This document shows, piece after piece, positions 1 to 14,355 of a DNA stretch of 64,000 bases. The notes below the pieces were generated by a model. That model did not search any database and was not told the origin of the DNA. It was given only the letters and a program-made list of their open reading frames with translations. This stretch comes from Nannocystis bainbridge (GTDB taxonomy: Bacteria > Myxococcota_A > Polyangia > Nannocystales > Nannocystaceae). Position 1 is the first letter of the stretch; the number at the start of each line of letters is the position of its first letter. The translations under genes and the position numbers were made by a program. The stretch is taken from positions 1,280,001-1,344,000 of the forward strand of contig NZ_JAQNDL010000003.1 in the NCBI RefSeq assembly GCF_028368995.1, in the 5' to 3' direction.

Positions 1-225
1 TCCGACCTCGCCGACTTCCTGCATTTGCTGGCCGCGGGGATCGGGCCCTACGAGGTCGTGGAGTACGGCTCGACCGAAGGCGAATCACCGCAACCGGCGA
101 TCGCCGCGCTCGCCGAGCAGTTCTTCCCCGCCCGCGGCCAGCGCGAGGCCAGCGCGATCATCGTCGACGCCCAGCGCGACTACGCGGATTTCGCCGACCG
201 CCTCGCGGCGCTGGTGAAGCACTGA
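1..225 (+). CDS. 3' end of a gene truncated by the window edge; possibly SMI1/KNR4 (SUKH)-like protein
   Basis: Frame open from base 1 (SDLADFLHLLAAGIGPYE...) to TGA at 223-225. Family guess rests on recalled similarity of the 'LADFL.LLA.G.GP.E' segment only. Confidence 0.4.
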   Translation, partial: SDLADFLHLLAAGIGPYEVVEYGSTEGESPQPAIAALAEQFFPARGQREASAIIVDAQRDYADFADRLAALVKH

Positions 226-238
226 GAATTCGCCCGCG

Positions 239-1288
239 CTACTGACCCAGCGTCGCCGCCAGCCAGGCGTCGATCTGGGCCCAGCCGACCTCGCGGTTCA
301 GGTGCAGGTTGAAGTCGTGGCCGATGTCCGGCAGCACCTGCACCGTGACCGCCGGAGCGCCGCTGTAAAACGCGGCCTCCTCGGCGGCGACGGAGGCGGA
401 GGCGATGAGGTCGTGCTCGCCGAGCTGCGACAGCACCGGCACCTCGACCTGGTCGACGCGTGACAACCCGACGATCGCCTCCGGATCGCCGATCGCCAGC
501 GCCGTCATCATGTCGAGCACGTCGAGCAACAACCCACGCGGCAGCCCCGAGACCATGTTGGCGTTGTCGTACGCGATCACGTCCGGGTCCGCCGTCGGCG
601 GATAGTAGAACAGCAGCTCGCGCACCGGCGGCGAGAAGGCCACGTAGGGCTGCTGCAGCGGCTCGGCGAACGCCTCCGGATCGATCGGGATGATGCGCGG
701 CGCGTGGGCCCAGCCGGTCGCCACCAGCGCGTCGGCGATCGGCCCGTAGCTGCCGAGCGCGTACACCGAGGTGATGGTGCCCATCGAGTGGCCGACCAGG
801 GCCACCTTGTCGAACACCGGATCGCCGAACAGACCGAAGCTCCGCACCCGCGTCAGCACCTGCTCGAGCGCGCTGGCGCTCTCAGCGAGGTCGGCCAGAT
901 CGCCGGGCGGAGCGCTCGACGCGCCGGCACCCAGCATGTCGAGGGCCAGGACCGCGTAGCAGCGCGCCGTCATGTAGTCGGCATACGAGTAGCGTTCGCC
1001 GTTGATGCGAGGCCCGTCCCAGTACTCACTGTCGTACGTCCCCCCGTGCAGGACCACCTGCAGCGTCCGATCGTGCCACAGCCCGCACGCGCCGCCGAGC
1101 TTCATGGACAAATGCCCGACGACCGTGTAGTCCTGGTCGTCGGACAGCGTGACCACGAATTCGACACGCTTGCCGAGGCTGACGCTCACTGGCAAAAGCC
1201 CGGCCTCGGCGGCCGGGACAGGCAGCAGATTCGCCGCTGCTGCTACCATCAGTGCACCCGCCGCGCGAGCTCCCTTGCGTGCGCTCAT
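239..1288 (-). CDS. Secreted alpha/beta-fold hydrolase
   Basis: Signal-peptide-like N-terminus, HG oxyanion segment (VLHGG), nucleophile elbow GHSMG, Asp (GEHD) and His (GHDF). Confidence 0.85.
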   Translation of the reverse strand: MSARKGARAAGALMVAAAANLLPVPAAEAGLLPVSVSLGKRVEFVVTLSDDQDYTVVGHLSMKLGGACGLWHDRTLQVVLHGGTYDSEYWDGPRINGERYSYADYMTARCYAVLALDMLGAGASSAPPGDLADLAESASALEQVLTRVRSFGLFGDPVFDKVALVGHSMGTITSVYALGSYGPIADALVATGWAHAPRIIPIDPEAFAEPLQQPYVAFSPPVRELLFYYPPTADPDVIAYDNANMVSGLPRGLLLDVLDMMTALAIGDPEAIVGLSRVDQVEVPVLSQLGEHDLIASASVAAEEAAFYSGAPAVTVQVLPDIGHDFNLHLNREVGWAQIDAWLAATLGQ

Positions 1289-1506
1289 CTCGTCCTCCTA
1301 TGATTCGCCGGGGTCGCGGCCGCGACGACCAGGGCCGCACGGCCCCGCCAGCGACGCCGCACGATCAAGCTACAAGCCCGCGGCGCCGCAGCCAAGACAA
1401 TTCGCGGGACCTTTGGGCATCCCACGCGCTGCGCTGAATGTGGTCACGGGGCGGAGACCGGCCCCGGGGCGCCGGGGCCCCACGCCCGACGTGTCGGATG
1501 CGCCCC

Positions 1507-4689
<3,183 letters not shown>

Positions 4690-4731
4690 CAGCCGCCAGT
4701 CCGCGAGCCCCCTCGCGCAAGCCGAGCGCCT

Positions 4732-5562
4732 TCAGATGTGCTTGCGCGTCACCGCCACCGTCAGCCGCTGATACAGCGACGGCAGCAGGCGCGCCATCAG
4801 GTCGATGAAGTGCGCGTCAGGCCCGACCAGCACCCGGCGCTTGTCCTTCTGCACCCCGCGCAAGATCGTCTCGGCCGCGACCTCGGCGGTGGTGATGAAG
4901 TTCTTCTCGAACTTGAGGTTGGCGTTGTTCGGGTCGCCGCCGAGCGCGGCGATGCTCGGATCGATGCGGCCGGCGCGGGCGATGTTGGTCTTGATCCCGC
5001 CCGGATGCACGCTGGTGGCCGAGACCCCGCAGCGGAGGATGTCGAGCTCCTGCCGCAGCGACTCGGTGAACCCGCGGACCGCGAACTTGGCCGCGTTGTA
5101 GGCCGACTGCGACGGGATGCCGATGAGGCCGAACACCGACGACGTGTTGACCACGTGGCCCTCGCCCGCCGCCTTGAGGTGCGGCAGGAACGCGCGCGTG
5201 CCGTGGACCACGCCCCAGAAATTGATGTTCATCAGCCACTCGAAATCTTCAAGGCGCATGCCCTCGACCGTGGCCCCGAGCCCGACCCCGGCGTTGTTGA
5301 AGATCAGGTTGACCCGCCCGTGATCGCGCACCACCTGGTCGGCCCACGCGAAGATCGCCTCGCGGTCGGCCACGTCGACCCGCTGCGTCGTCACCTTGAC
5401 CCGCGCCTCCCGCAAGAGCGCCGCCGTCTCGGCCAGCCCGATCTCGTTCACGTCGGACAGCGCCAGGTGACAGCCGCGCCGCGCCAGCGCCAGCGCCAGC
5501 GTGCGACCCATGCCCGAGCCGGCGCCGGTGATCGCCGCGACCTTTTCGGTAAAGCTCTTCAT
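4732..5562 (-). CDS. Short-chain dehydrogenase/reductase (SDR)
   Basis: TGAGSGMG, NNAG and YNAAK motifs. Start MKSFTEK at 5562. Confidence 0.93.
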   Translation of the reverse strand: MKSFTEKVAAITGAGSGMGRTLALALARRGCHLALSDVNEIGLAETAALLREARVKVTTQRVDVADREAIFAWADQVVRDHGRVNLIFNNAGVGLGATVEGMRLEDFEWLMNINFWGVVHGTRAFLPHLKAAGEGHVVNTSSVFGLIGIPSQSAYNAAKFAVRGFTESLRQELDILRCGVSATSVHPGGIKTNIARAGRIDPSIAALGGDPNNANLKFEKNFITTAEVAAETILRGVQKDKRRVLVGPDAHFIDLMARLLPSLYQRLTVAVTRKHI

Positions 5563-5823
5563 CCCGGCCGGCATACCAGCTTTGCCGGCCCCGGCCCAGC
5601 CCATTCGGCCTCCACCCGCACGTGCCGCCGCTTTTGCACGGCGCGCACGCCCCTGGATCCTGCGAGGAGCAGCCGCCGCCGGCCCCCGTACCGTCGCTCG
5701 CCGGCGTCAGCGTCGGCTCGCCGCTGTCGACGAAGTCCCACAGCGGCCCTGAGCGTCGGATATGATCATAGGACTGCCCGCCAGCGCCGTCATGCAGCGG
5801 CGCTCGGCGGCGCTGCTCTGCGC

Positions 5824-6171
5824 TCAGGTCTCCCAGGAGTAGCCGCCGGAGCCCTGGCTCTTCTTCCCCTTGCTCGACTTCTCGCCGTAGCCGACGACGT
5901 CGAGGGTCGCATCGCCCTCCCACTTGAAGCCGATCGCGTCGCCGCCGGTCAGCTTCTTGTGCCCGCAGTTGCGGGTGGACCCGACGACGACCGCGCCGTT
6001 GCCGTACCAGCCAGTGCCGCGATTGACGATGTCGTCGACGTGCTCGAGGAAATTGTCGTCGACGAGCCGGCTGCAGAACCGCTCCGACGGGAAGCGCACG
6101 GCGATGCCGCGAATATCGAGCGTCGTGCGTTGACCCTGCTTGAGCTCCTCAGCCTCAGGTGTATCCCACAT
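5824..6171 (-). CDS. Small hypothetical protein (possible RelE/BECR-like toxin domain)
   Basis: 115-aa ORF with non-shadow composition (Lys, Trp, Asn) and a purine-rich stretch upstream. Function speculative. Confidence 0.55.
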   Translation of the reverse strand: MWDTPEAEELKQGQRTTLDIRGIAVRFPSERFCSRLVDDNFLEHVDDIVNRGTGWYGNGAVVVGSTRNCGHKKLTGGDAIGFKWEGDATLDVVGYGEKSSKGKKSQGSGGYSWET

Positions 6172-6389
6172 GTTCGTCCTTTCGAATGGAGGGACATGCA
6201 TACCATGGCACCCGCCCCCGCCTGGGGCCGCCCGGGCACTCGAACTCGAGACAATACCAGTGGTCAGGCGGAGACGGGCGACGCGGATCGCATTCGCCCT
6301 GCAGAGAATCGCGCAATCGGGTCACCAGCGCGCACGACGGGCAATGCGGGTCACCGACGTCGCAGCGGCTCCGCGCAATGACGATCGTC

Positions 6390-7676
6390 TCAGAGCAACA
6401 GGCACGCCGCCGTCGGCACCTCGTGGTCGACCGTCAGCAGGCACTGCGCGCGCAGGCTGATCGCGATAAGCTCGCGCGCCTCCGCCTCGCCCGGCTCGCG
6501 CCCCGCGCCCGCCAGCGCCCGCGCCCGCGCCAGGTCGGCGAGCAACCGCGGCCGCGCCAGCCCCGTGAACTCGTCGGTGCCGCGGACCCCGCCCTCGCCC
6601 AGCCCGGCCGCCAGCAGCTCGGCCAGCACCGCCGCGTCGGCGCTGCGCAGCGGCTGGTCCCGGGCCCAGGCTGGCCGATCGGGCATGTCCGCGAGGACAC
6701 GTACGTGCGCCTCGACCACGTCGACGGCGGCCAGCATCTTGTCGTATTTCAGCGTCTCCGGCGTGTCGCTGGGCTGGTGGTAATGCGGGGAGCGGCCGGT
6801 CGAGACGAACAGCGAGGGGATCTCGCTACCAAAGAAGGCGCCGTGATCGCTGAACGCCTGCCGCCCGTGCGGCAGCTCTTCGACGAGACGCAGGTGCATC
6901 GCCCGCACGGGCAGCCGCGGGTCTTCGCGCAGCGCCGGGGCCGGCGGCCGCACGAAGGTCTCGCGGCCCATCACGTACAGCGGCGAGCGGTAGCCGTCCC
7001 ACAGGTCGCCGCCCATCAGGTCGAGGCAAACCACCGCGACCAATTGCTCGCGGGCGATCGTCGGCCGAGCCACGAAGTAGTCCGAGCCCATCGAAGGCGT
7101 GCGGTAGTCCGGCGGCTCCTCGGCGTCGAAGGCCGCGAGCAGCACGCTACGCGCCGGCGGATCGGCGGCCAGCCGCCTGACGACCGCGAGCGCGACCGCC
7201 ACGCCGCTGGCGTTGTCGTCGGCACCGGGATGCACCACCCCGTCGACCTCGCCGAGGTGATCGTAGTGGGCCGCCAGCACCACGTGCTCGCCAGCCCGCG
7301 CCGGGTCGCGCCCCGGCACCCGCGCCAGCACGTTGGCGCCGCGCGGCAGCGGCTGCTCGAAAGACCCTGTCTCTCCGGCCATCTCGAGCCCGTACGCCCG
7401 CACCCCGGCGACGATCGCCGCCCGCGCCGCCGCCCCGCCCGGGCTGCCGTTGTCGCGCCCGCCGAGCTCCGGCCCGGCCAGCAGCTCGACCCAGCAGCGC
7501 AGCGCCGCCGCCTCGTCGCGCTCGCCGGCGCATGAGGTCGGCGCCACGGCCCGTGGCACCGTCGCCCCGGTCACCCCCGCGTCGGCCACCGGCGCCACCG
7601 ACCCCGCCTCGCCCCGCTCCCCGCAGGCGAGCATCCAGCAGACCGCGAACAGGCGCCAGGGCGACATCCCGACCAT
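6390..7676 (-). CDS. M28 family metallopeptidase, lipoprotein
   Basis: Lipobox (MLAC) and motifs AHYDH, GADDNASG, DAEE, SDH, YHQPSDT. Confidence 0.9.
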   Translation of the reverse strand: MVGMSPWRLFAVCWMLACGERGEAGSVAPVADAGVTGATVPRAVAPTSCAGERDEAAALRCWVELLAGPELGGRDNGSPGGAAARAAIVAGVRAYGLEMAGETGSFEQPLPRGANVLARVPGRDPARAGEHVVLAAHYDHLGEVDGVVHPGADDNASGVAVALAVVRRLAADPPARSVLLAAFDAEEPPDYRTPSMGSDYFVARPTIAREQLVAVVCLDLMGGDLWDGYRSPLYVMGRETFVRPPAPALREDPRLPVRAMHLRLVEELPHGRQAFSDHGAFFGSEIPSLFVSTGRSPHYHQPSDTPETLKYDKMLAAVDVVEAHVRVLADMPDRPAWARDQPLRSADAAVLAELLAAGLGEGGVRGTDEFTGLARPRLLADLARARALAGAGREPGEAEARELIAISLRAQCLLTVDHEVPTAACLLL

Positions 7677-7934
7677 GTAGCACGGCGTCCGCCCCCGCCG
7701 GAGCGCGCGTTCGCCGGCACGACGCCCGACCCATCATCGGGGCCGGAAGACCGCAATCTCTCGCGTCTCCGCCTGTGCCCCTGAGCCGGCATCGGGCGAT
7801 TTGTGACCCCGTATACCAAAATTTCGGGTTGCTCGCGACCGCGCGGCTTCCTAGATTCCTCGTACCTCCGGCGAGGTCGGTATGATCAACCGCCATTTCA
7901 CCGCATATACACGTTTCACCGGCGAGGGCGCGCG

Positions 7935-8279
7935 ATGCTCGAAGTAGAGATCGACGTCGAGGTCGTGGCGCCGCCGCCGAACGGCGCGCCGCTCGATTTC
8001 CGCGAGCGACTGGTGCTGGCCCTCAAGACGACCGACGCCGCGGTGCTCGAGGCGGCGGAGGGGGCCTTCCGCGGCGTGTGGCCGAGCATCGACGCTTACA
8101 TCCTCGAGCGGCTGGCCGCCGACCTGCCGCCGGGGCTCGGCTGGGTCCTGGACTGCTGCGACCCCGCCGGCCTGCGCCAGGGCTACGAGGCCGGCGCGCG
8201 CGAGGTCTGGGCCATCCCGCTGGGCCACGGCCGGGCCATGGTGTTCGAGAGCCGCCAGGCCGCCGCCGCGCCGGCGTAG
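7935..8279 (+). CDS. Hypothetical protein (weak resemblance to ArdA C-terminal domain)
   Basis: ORF MLEVEIDV... preceded by GAGGG. The pattern 'FRGVWPSIDAY...LP..L.W...D' recalls ArdA. Confidence 0.55.
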   Translation: MLEVEIDVEVVAPPPNGAPLDFRERLVLALKTTDAAVLEAAEGAFRGVWPSIDAYILERLAADLPPGLGWVLDCCDPAGLRQGYEAGAREVWAIPLGHGRAMVFESRQAAAAPA

Positions 8280-8488
8280 CGGCCCTCGCTCGCGCTCGTA
8301 CGATTGCGCCGCCGTCGCGCGATTCATGCGACCTGGTGCGGCAATCGTGACACCCCGCATTGCCCGCGGCGCCCGTCCGCGATCGGCCGTCGGGACCCGG
8401 ACGGGCCCGCGGGCGAAACCGCGCAAACCCCGCACCCCGGGCCCTCTTGCCGATTTGGCCGGGATTCGGGACGCTGCTTGGGTCACCG

Positions 8489-9202
8489 GTGTCCTTCATC
8501 AACACCAAGGCCGGCGAGATCGGCGTCAAGGTCGTCTACTTCGGGCCCGCGCTGGCTGGCAAGTCGACGAACATTCGCACGATCCACCGCAAGACCCGGC
8601 CGGCCCTGCGCGGGCGGCTCGACGCGATCGCCGGCGACCTCGGGCCGATGCTGTCGTTCGACTTTGCCCCGGACACCTTGCCGCGCATCGACGATCGCTA
8701 CCGCGTGCGGCTGCACCTCGTCACCGTGCCGGGCCCGGTGCTGAGCCCCGTCTCGCGCAAGCTCGTGCTCAAGGGCGTCGACGCCGTCGTGTTCGTCGCC
8801 GACACCCAGGAGGAGGGCGGCGAGCTGGTGCGGTTCGAGGACAACGTCGAGTCGATGCAGCAGCTCCTGACCCTGCTCGACGACCTCGGGGTCGACAGCG
8901 CCTTCATGCCGATGGTGCTGCAGTACAACAAGCGTGACCTCGTCGAGGCCCCGACCCTGCGCCCGTTCGACTCGGCCCACGCCTCGCCGATCCCCCTGAC
9001 GACCCTGGCCGCCCTCGACGAGGCGATCAACCCCAACGGCCTGCCCACCATCGAGGCCGTCGCCACCGCGGGCATCGGCGTGATGGACTCCCTGCGCATC
9101 GTCGTCAAGGACCTGCTCGCCCCGCTGCGCGCCGAGTACGAGGCCAGCGGCGACCGTTACCCGATCGCCGCCGGCAGCTCCGGCGGCTGGCCCCGCGTCT
9201 GA
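8489..9202 (+). CDS. MglA-family small GTPase paralogue (degenerate switch motifs)
   Basis: (M)SFIN..EI.VKVVYFGP..AGKSTN, HL.TVPG, SRKL.LKGVD.VVFVAD and LQYNKRD are collinear with M. xanthus MglA. GTG start. Confidence 0.9.
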   Translation: MSFINTKAGEIGVKVVYFGPALAGKSTNIRTIHRKTRPALRGRLDAIAGDLGPMLSFDFAPDTLPRIDDRYRVRLHLVTVPGPVLSPVSRKLVLKGVDAVVFVADTQEEGGELVRFEDNVESMQQLLTLLDDLGVDSAFMPMVLQYNKRDLVEAPTLRPFDSAHASPIPLTTLAALDEAINPNGLPTIEAVATAGIGVMDSLRIVVKDLLAPLRAEYEASGDRYPIAAGSSGGWPRV

Positions 9203-9265
9203 CCTGCGCTTGTATCAGCGTGTCCCCGGGGACAGGTCATTCACCTGTCCCGCGGGACAGCTCGC

Positions 9266-9901
9266 TTACGCCTCTTTCGCCTCGTACGCGGCGATCAGGT
9301 GCTTGTAGTTCGGCACGTGCTCGACCATCAGCTTGGTGAAGCCGGACTCGTCGTTCCGCCAGTCCCGCATCAGCTCGGACGCGACCGCGAACCATGACAT
9401 CGGCTGCGCCCCGGCCATCGCCATGCGAGCGATCGCCCCGCCGGCCGAGCCGACGCACAGCGAGCCGGACGCGTCGGTCACCACGCGGACGTCGTAGCCG
9501 GCCTCGAGCGCCGACAGGACCACGAACGCGACGCACACGTCGGTCGTGATGCCGGCCACGATGAGCTGCTTGCGCCCGGTCTTCTTGACCGCCTTGACGA
9601 ACTCGGGGCTGTCCCACGCGTTGATCTCGCCCTCGCGGCGGATCACCTGGACCTTCGGCAGCCGCGCGCGCACCTCCGGCATCAGCGGCCCGTTCGGTCC
9701 ATCCTCCTTCGAGGTCGTGACCACTGTCGGCAGCTTGAACAGCTTCGCGGTGTCGGCAAGGGCCAGCACGTTGCGGTCGAACACGTCGGGGACGTGGTCG
9801 TGGACCAGCTGAAACAGGCCCGATTGGTGGTCGATGATCAGCAGCGCCGCCTCGTCCTTCGACAGGCGGTCGTACTTCAGCTTGGCGCGTTCGATATCCA
9901 T
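9266..9901 (-). CDS. YcaC-like isochorismatase-family hydrolase
   Basis: LLIIDHQ, GPNGPL, INAWD and AGITTDVCV (catalytic Cys). Confidence 0.92.
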   Translation of the reverse strand: MDIERAKLKYDRLSKDEAALLIIDHQSGLFQLVHDHVPDVFDRNVLALADTAKLFKLPTVVTTSKEDGPNGPLMPEVRARLPKVQVIRREGEINAWDSPEFVKAVKKTGRKQLIVAGITTDVCVAFVVLSALEAGYDVRVVTDASGSLCVGSAGGAIARMAMAGAQPMSWFAVASELMRDWRNDESGFTKLMVEHVPNYKHLIAAYEAKEA

Positions 9902-10302
9902 GATGTGTCCTTTGGAACAGGTGCGCAGGCGCGCGGATCACCCGTCGCCCGCGACGGTCACCATAGCCACCGCTGCCGGCGCGCGAGCCTCCGGCCCCGG
10001 CGCTGCTCCTGCCCTCTCACGGCCCGGTCGCCGGCCGCACCGGCCCTTTCGGCCGCGGCCGCCGCGGCGCGCCCGTGCCCATGGCCCTACGGCGACCTGT
10101 CCTTCGAGACATCTCATCCGCGCGCCCGCGCGGCGCGCTCCTCCACGCGATCACGCGCCCGATCGCGCCCCGGCGACATCGACCGCCGTCGGTCGTCACA
10201 TACGCCAGGCCCGCCTCGACCTGTCCTCGCGGACATATCACCGCGACCCTCGCCGGCGCCCGCGCAAGTCCCGTGGTCGCCGCGAGGACGACCGGTCGCC
10301 CG

Positions 10303-10755
10303 TCACGGCTCCTTCGCCGCCTCGTGGGTGCCTCGCCACCGTCGCACCGCCAGGTACACCAGCACGTACGACAGCCCCGCCAGCGTCGGGATCGCCACTG
10401 CCGCCCCGAGCGCGAACGGCCCAAGCATCGAAGTGAACAGCTCCCACCAGCCCGACCCGTCGAGCGCCCGCAGCTCGGCCCACGACGGCAGCGGGCGGCC
10501 CATCAGCGCCAGCCCGAGATAGAGCTCGCCGGCGTAGAACACCGCCCCGGTGACCGGGTTCACCACCGCCGTGCCGAGGTACGTCGCCGGGATGTTGAGC
10601 TTGAGCGGCGGCGCCAGGGCCAGCGCCAGCAGCATCCCCGCGAACGGGATCGGGATCAGCGACAGCCCGACCCCGAGCGCGAAGCCGCCGGCGATCCCCT
10701 GCGGCGTGCCGTTCAGGGCCAGGAGCCCCGCGACCCAGGTCCGGACCCGCCCCAC
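10303..10755 (-). CDS. DUF2062-family membrane protein
   Basis: TPQGIAGGFALG, IPIP and NPVT motifs with hydrophobic helices. Confidence 0.8.
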   Translation of the reverse strand: MGRVRTWVAGLLALNGTPQGIAGGFALGVGLSLIPIPFAGMLLALALAPPLKLNIPATYLGTAVVNPVTGAVFYAGELYLGLALMGRPLPSWAELRALDGSGWWELFTSMLGPFALGAAVAIPTLAGLSYVLVYLAVRRWRGTHEAAKEP

Positions 10756-11153
10756 TACTTCTTGTCCCTCTCGTCCTTCTCGAGCTCCGCGTTCGCGGCC
10801 TCCACACCGGCCTTGGCGGCGCCCTTGATCTCGTTGAACTCGGCCTTGCCCTTCTCGAGGGCATCACGCGCGCCCTGCTCGACCTTGTCGGCGCCGCGCT
10901 GGATGTGCCGCGCCGCATCCTCGGCGCCGTCCTCGATCTTCTCGCCGGCCACCCTCGCCCCCGACTCGACCACGCCGACCGCCTTCTCGGCCCCCGAGCG
11001 GACCTTGTGCCCGGCCTCCTTGGCCGCGTCGGCCGCCGCGTCGATGGCCTCCTTCGTCTCCGCGGCCGCGCGCTTGCTCGTCGGCGAGTCGCCGCAGCCG
11101 GCCAAGAGCCCCGAGAGCACCACCGCGAGCGCTGAAATCCCGTGTTTGCGCAT
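10755..11153 (-). CDS. Lipoprotein with Ala/Lys/Glu-rich helical (LEA-like) repeats
   Basis: Lipobox LAGC followed by amphipathic A/K/E repeats. The stop overlaps the start of the DUF2062 gene. Confidence 0.75.
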   Translation of the reverse strand: MRKHGISALAVVLSGLLAGCGDSPTSKRAAAETKEAIDAAADAAKEAGHKVRSGAEKAVGVVESGARVAGEKIEDGAEDAARHIQRGADKVEQGARDALEKGKAEFNEIKGAAKAGVEAANAELEKDERDKK

Positions 11154-11213
11154 GCTTTCTCCTTCGAACCGGCCCAAGCGTGATCGCGAACGGCGAACTC
11201 GACAAGCGCGCTT

Positions 11214-11239
11214 GCATATCTACTCGGGAGTAGATATGC
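11214..11239. promoter_or_regulatory. Perfect 12-bp inverted repeat, probable TetR operator in a divergent promoter
   Basis: GCATATCTACTC-GG-GAGTAGATATGC lies 10 bp upstream of the tetR ATG. Confidence 0.75.
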
Positions 11240-11248
11240 TCCCCGAGC

Positions 11249-11851
11249 ATGGGTCGTCCGGCAGCTGGGAGCAACACCACGGCCACCCCGGAGCGCCTGC
11301 TCGACGCCGCCGACGCGGTGTTCTCGCAGCATGGATTTCGCGGCGCGCGGCTCGAGGACATCGCCGCGGCCGCGGGCATCCGGCGGCCCTCGCTCCTCTA
11401 TCACTTCCCCTCCAAGGAGCTGCTCTACAACGCGGTGGTCCGGCGCACCTTCCAGCGCCTGGGCGCCGCGCTGACCGAGGCGATGCTGCAGCCCTCGAGC
11501 TTCTCCCAGCGCTTCGACGCCATCATCGACACGTACACCCAGTTCCTCGAGGAGCACCCCGAGCTGGCGCGCATCCTCGTGTGGGAGCTGCTCGACGGCC
11601 AGGGCCCCGGCCGCGTCGTCCTGCTCGAGCAGGTCGTGCCGCTGCTCGACCTGACCGAGCGATTCGCCCGCATCGAGGGTCGCCGCGACATCCGCCCCGA
11701 CCTGCCGGTGCGCGCGGCGATCCTGCAGATCGCCAGCGACCTGGTGCTGCGCACCTCGGCCCGCGAATTCAAGACCGCCCTGTGGGGCGATCAGGACCAC
11801 GCGCGGGTCCTCGCCCGCGCGCTCTTCTTCTCGAGCAACAGCGGAGGGTAA
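11249..11851 (+). CDS. TetR/AcrR family transcriptional regulator
   Basis: N-terminal HTH: LLDAA..VFSQHGF...LEDIA..AGI.RPSLLYHFPSKE. Confidence 0.93.
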   Translation: MGRPAAGSNTTATPERLLDAADAVFSQHGFRGARLEDIAAAAGIRRPSLLYHFPSKELLYNAVVRRTFQRLGAALTEAMLQPSSFSQRFDAIIDTYTQFLEEHPELARILVWELLDGQGPGRVVLLEQVVPLLDLTERFARIEGRRDIRPDLPVRAAILQIASDLVLRTSAREFKTALWGDQDHARVLARALFFSSNSGG

Positions 11852-11855
11852 GCAA

Positions 11856-13025
<1,170 letters not shown>

Positions 13026-13114
13026 GCTCGCCGCGCCCGCGGTCGTCGCCCACATGTCCCCGAGGACATGTCATCGCCCCGGATCGGAGATGACATGTCT
13101 CTCGGGACATCCCG

Positions 13115-13672
13115 TCAATCAAAGCACACCTCCTCGGTCGGCTGGCAGTCCTCGACCCAAGCCGCCGGGTCGCCGCACTCGGGCGTGAACGCGATCAGGC
13201 ACGCCTCGAACAGCTCGCGCGGCTTCAGCATGCAATCGACGATCTCCGCGTAGCCGGGCGGCTGCGTCTGCGAGCGCCACTGCCAGCGCACCTCGTCGGT
13301 CCCCGCGCCGCGGGGGATCAGCCGGTGCAGCGCGCACCCCCCGTCGCAGCGCGCCACCTCGATCACCCCGGTCGCGCGGTCGTAGAGGGCAGCCAGCGCG
13401 CACATGCCCGCGGGGCCAGGTCCCTCGCAGCCGCCCGCGCAGTCCCAGGCCGGGCACAGCGGGTTGTCGAGGCACGCGAACAGCCCCTCCGGCAGGTGCG
13501 GCCCGCTCGCCCCCGGCTCCTCGCTCGCCTCGCTCGTCGCCGCCGTCGTCGGGTCGCCCGCGCCCGTCGTCGCCGTCGAATCACCCGTGCTCGCATCGGG
13601 CGTTCCCGGCAGTCGCTCGCTGCACCCGGCGATCCACACGAAGATTCCGAGCCCGACGAGGCGACGCAGCAT
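13115..13672 (-). CDS. Cys-rich lipoprotein, hypothetical
   Basis: MLRRLVGLGIFVWIAGC lipobox, Thr/Ala linker and Cys-rich domain. Confidence 0.75.
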   Translation of the reverse strand: MLRRLVGLGIFVWIAGCSERLPGTPDASTGDSTATTGAGDPTTAATSEASEEPGASGPHLPEGLFACLDNPLCPAWDCAGGCEGPGPAGMCALAALYDRATGVIEVARCDGGCALHRLIPRGAGTDEVRWQWRSQTQPPGYAEIVDCMLKPRELFEACLIAFTPECGDPAAWVEDCQPTEEVCFD

Positions 13673-13795
13673 GCTTCCACCATAGCCGCCGGCTCGCGGC
13701 TCCGCGCCGCCGGTCCGATCGCGGTACGAGCCTCGCGCGGATTCGCCCGGCTCGATCCGCGCCACGGCCTCGCGCGTCGCGGGCATCATGCGCCC

Positions 13796-14173
13796 GTGAC
13801 TGCCCCCCAGCTCCGCCAGATCGGCGCCGCCTCGGCGCTCGTGCTCCCTGATGCCGGCCCCGCCCTCGGCACCCTCGACGACGCCATCCAGCTCATCGGC
13901 GACGCCGGGGGCAGCGACGCCGACACCGTCGTCATCCCGGTCGCCCGTCTCCACCCTGATTTCCTGGTCCTGCGCACCCGCATGGCCGGCGAGTTCACGC
14001 AGAAGTTCGTCCAGTACCGCTGCCGCCTCGTCATCCTCGGCGACCTCTCGCTCGCCCTCATCGACAGCCCCGCCCTCCGCGACTACGTGCGCGAGGCCAA
14101 CCGCGGCGACGACGTGTGGTTCTTCGCCGACTGGCCCGAGCTCGAGCGCCGCCTCACCGGCGAAGCGGCCTGA
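13796..14173 (+). CDS. DUF4180 family protein
   Basis: L.TRMAGEF.QKFVQY.....I.GD.S....S.ALRDYV.E.NRG motif. GTG start. Confidence 0.88.
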   Translation: MTAPQLRQIGAASALVLPDAGPALGTLDDAIQLIGDAGGSDADTVVIPVARLHPDFLVLRTRMAGEFTQKFVQYRCRLVILGDLSLALIDSPALRDYVREANRGDDVWFFADWPELERRLTGEAA

Positions 14174-14355
14174 GCCGCGGCTGGGCCAATCGCAACACAT
14201 GTCCTATCGGCCATGTCTTACGAATCGCCGAGCGCCGTGGACCCCGGCGCGTCGTGCCACCGCCGGCGGCGACCGTCCTCGTCCATAGTCGCGCGATTTT
14301 TGTCACGCCTCCTCGCGGTCGGTTCCTCACCGAACGGTGCTCTAACCGCACCTGC

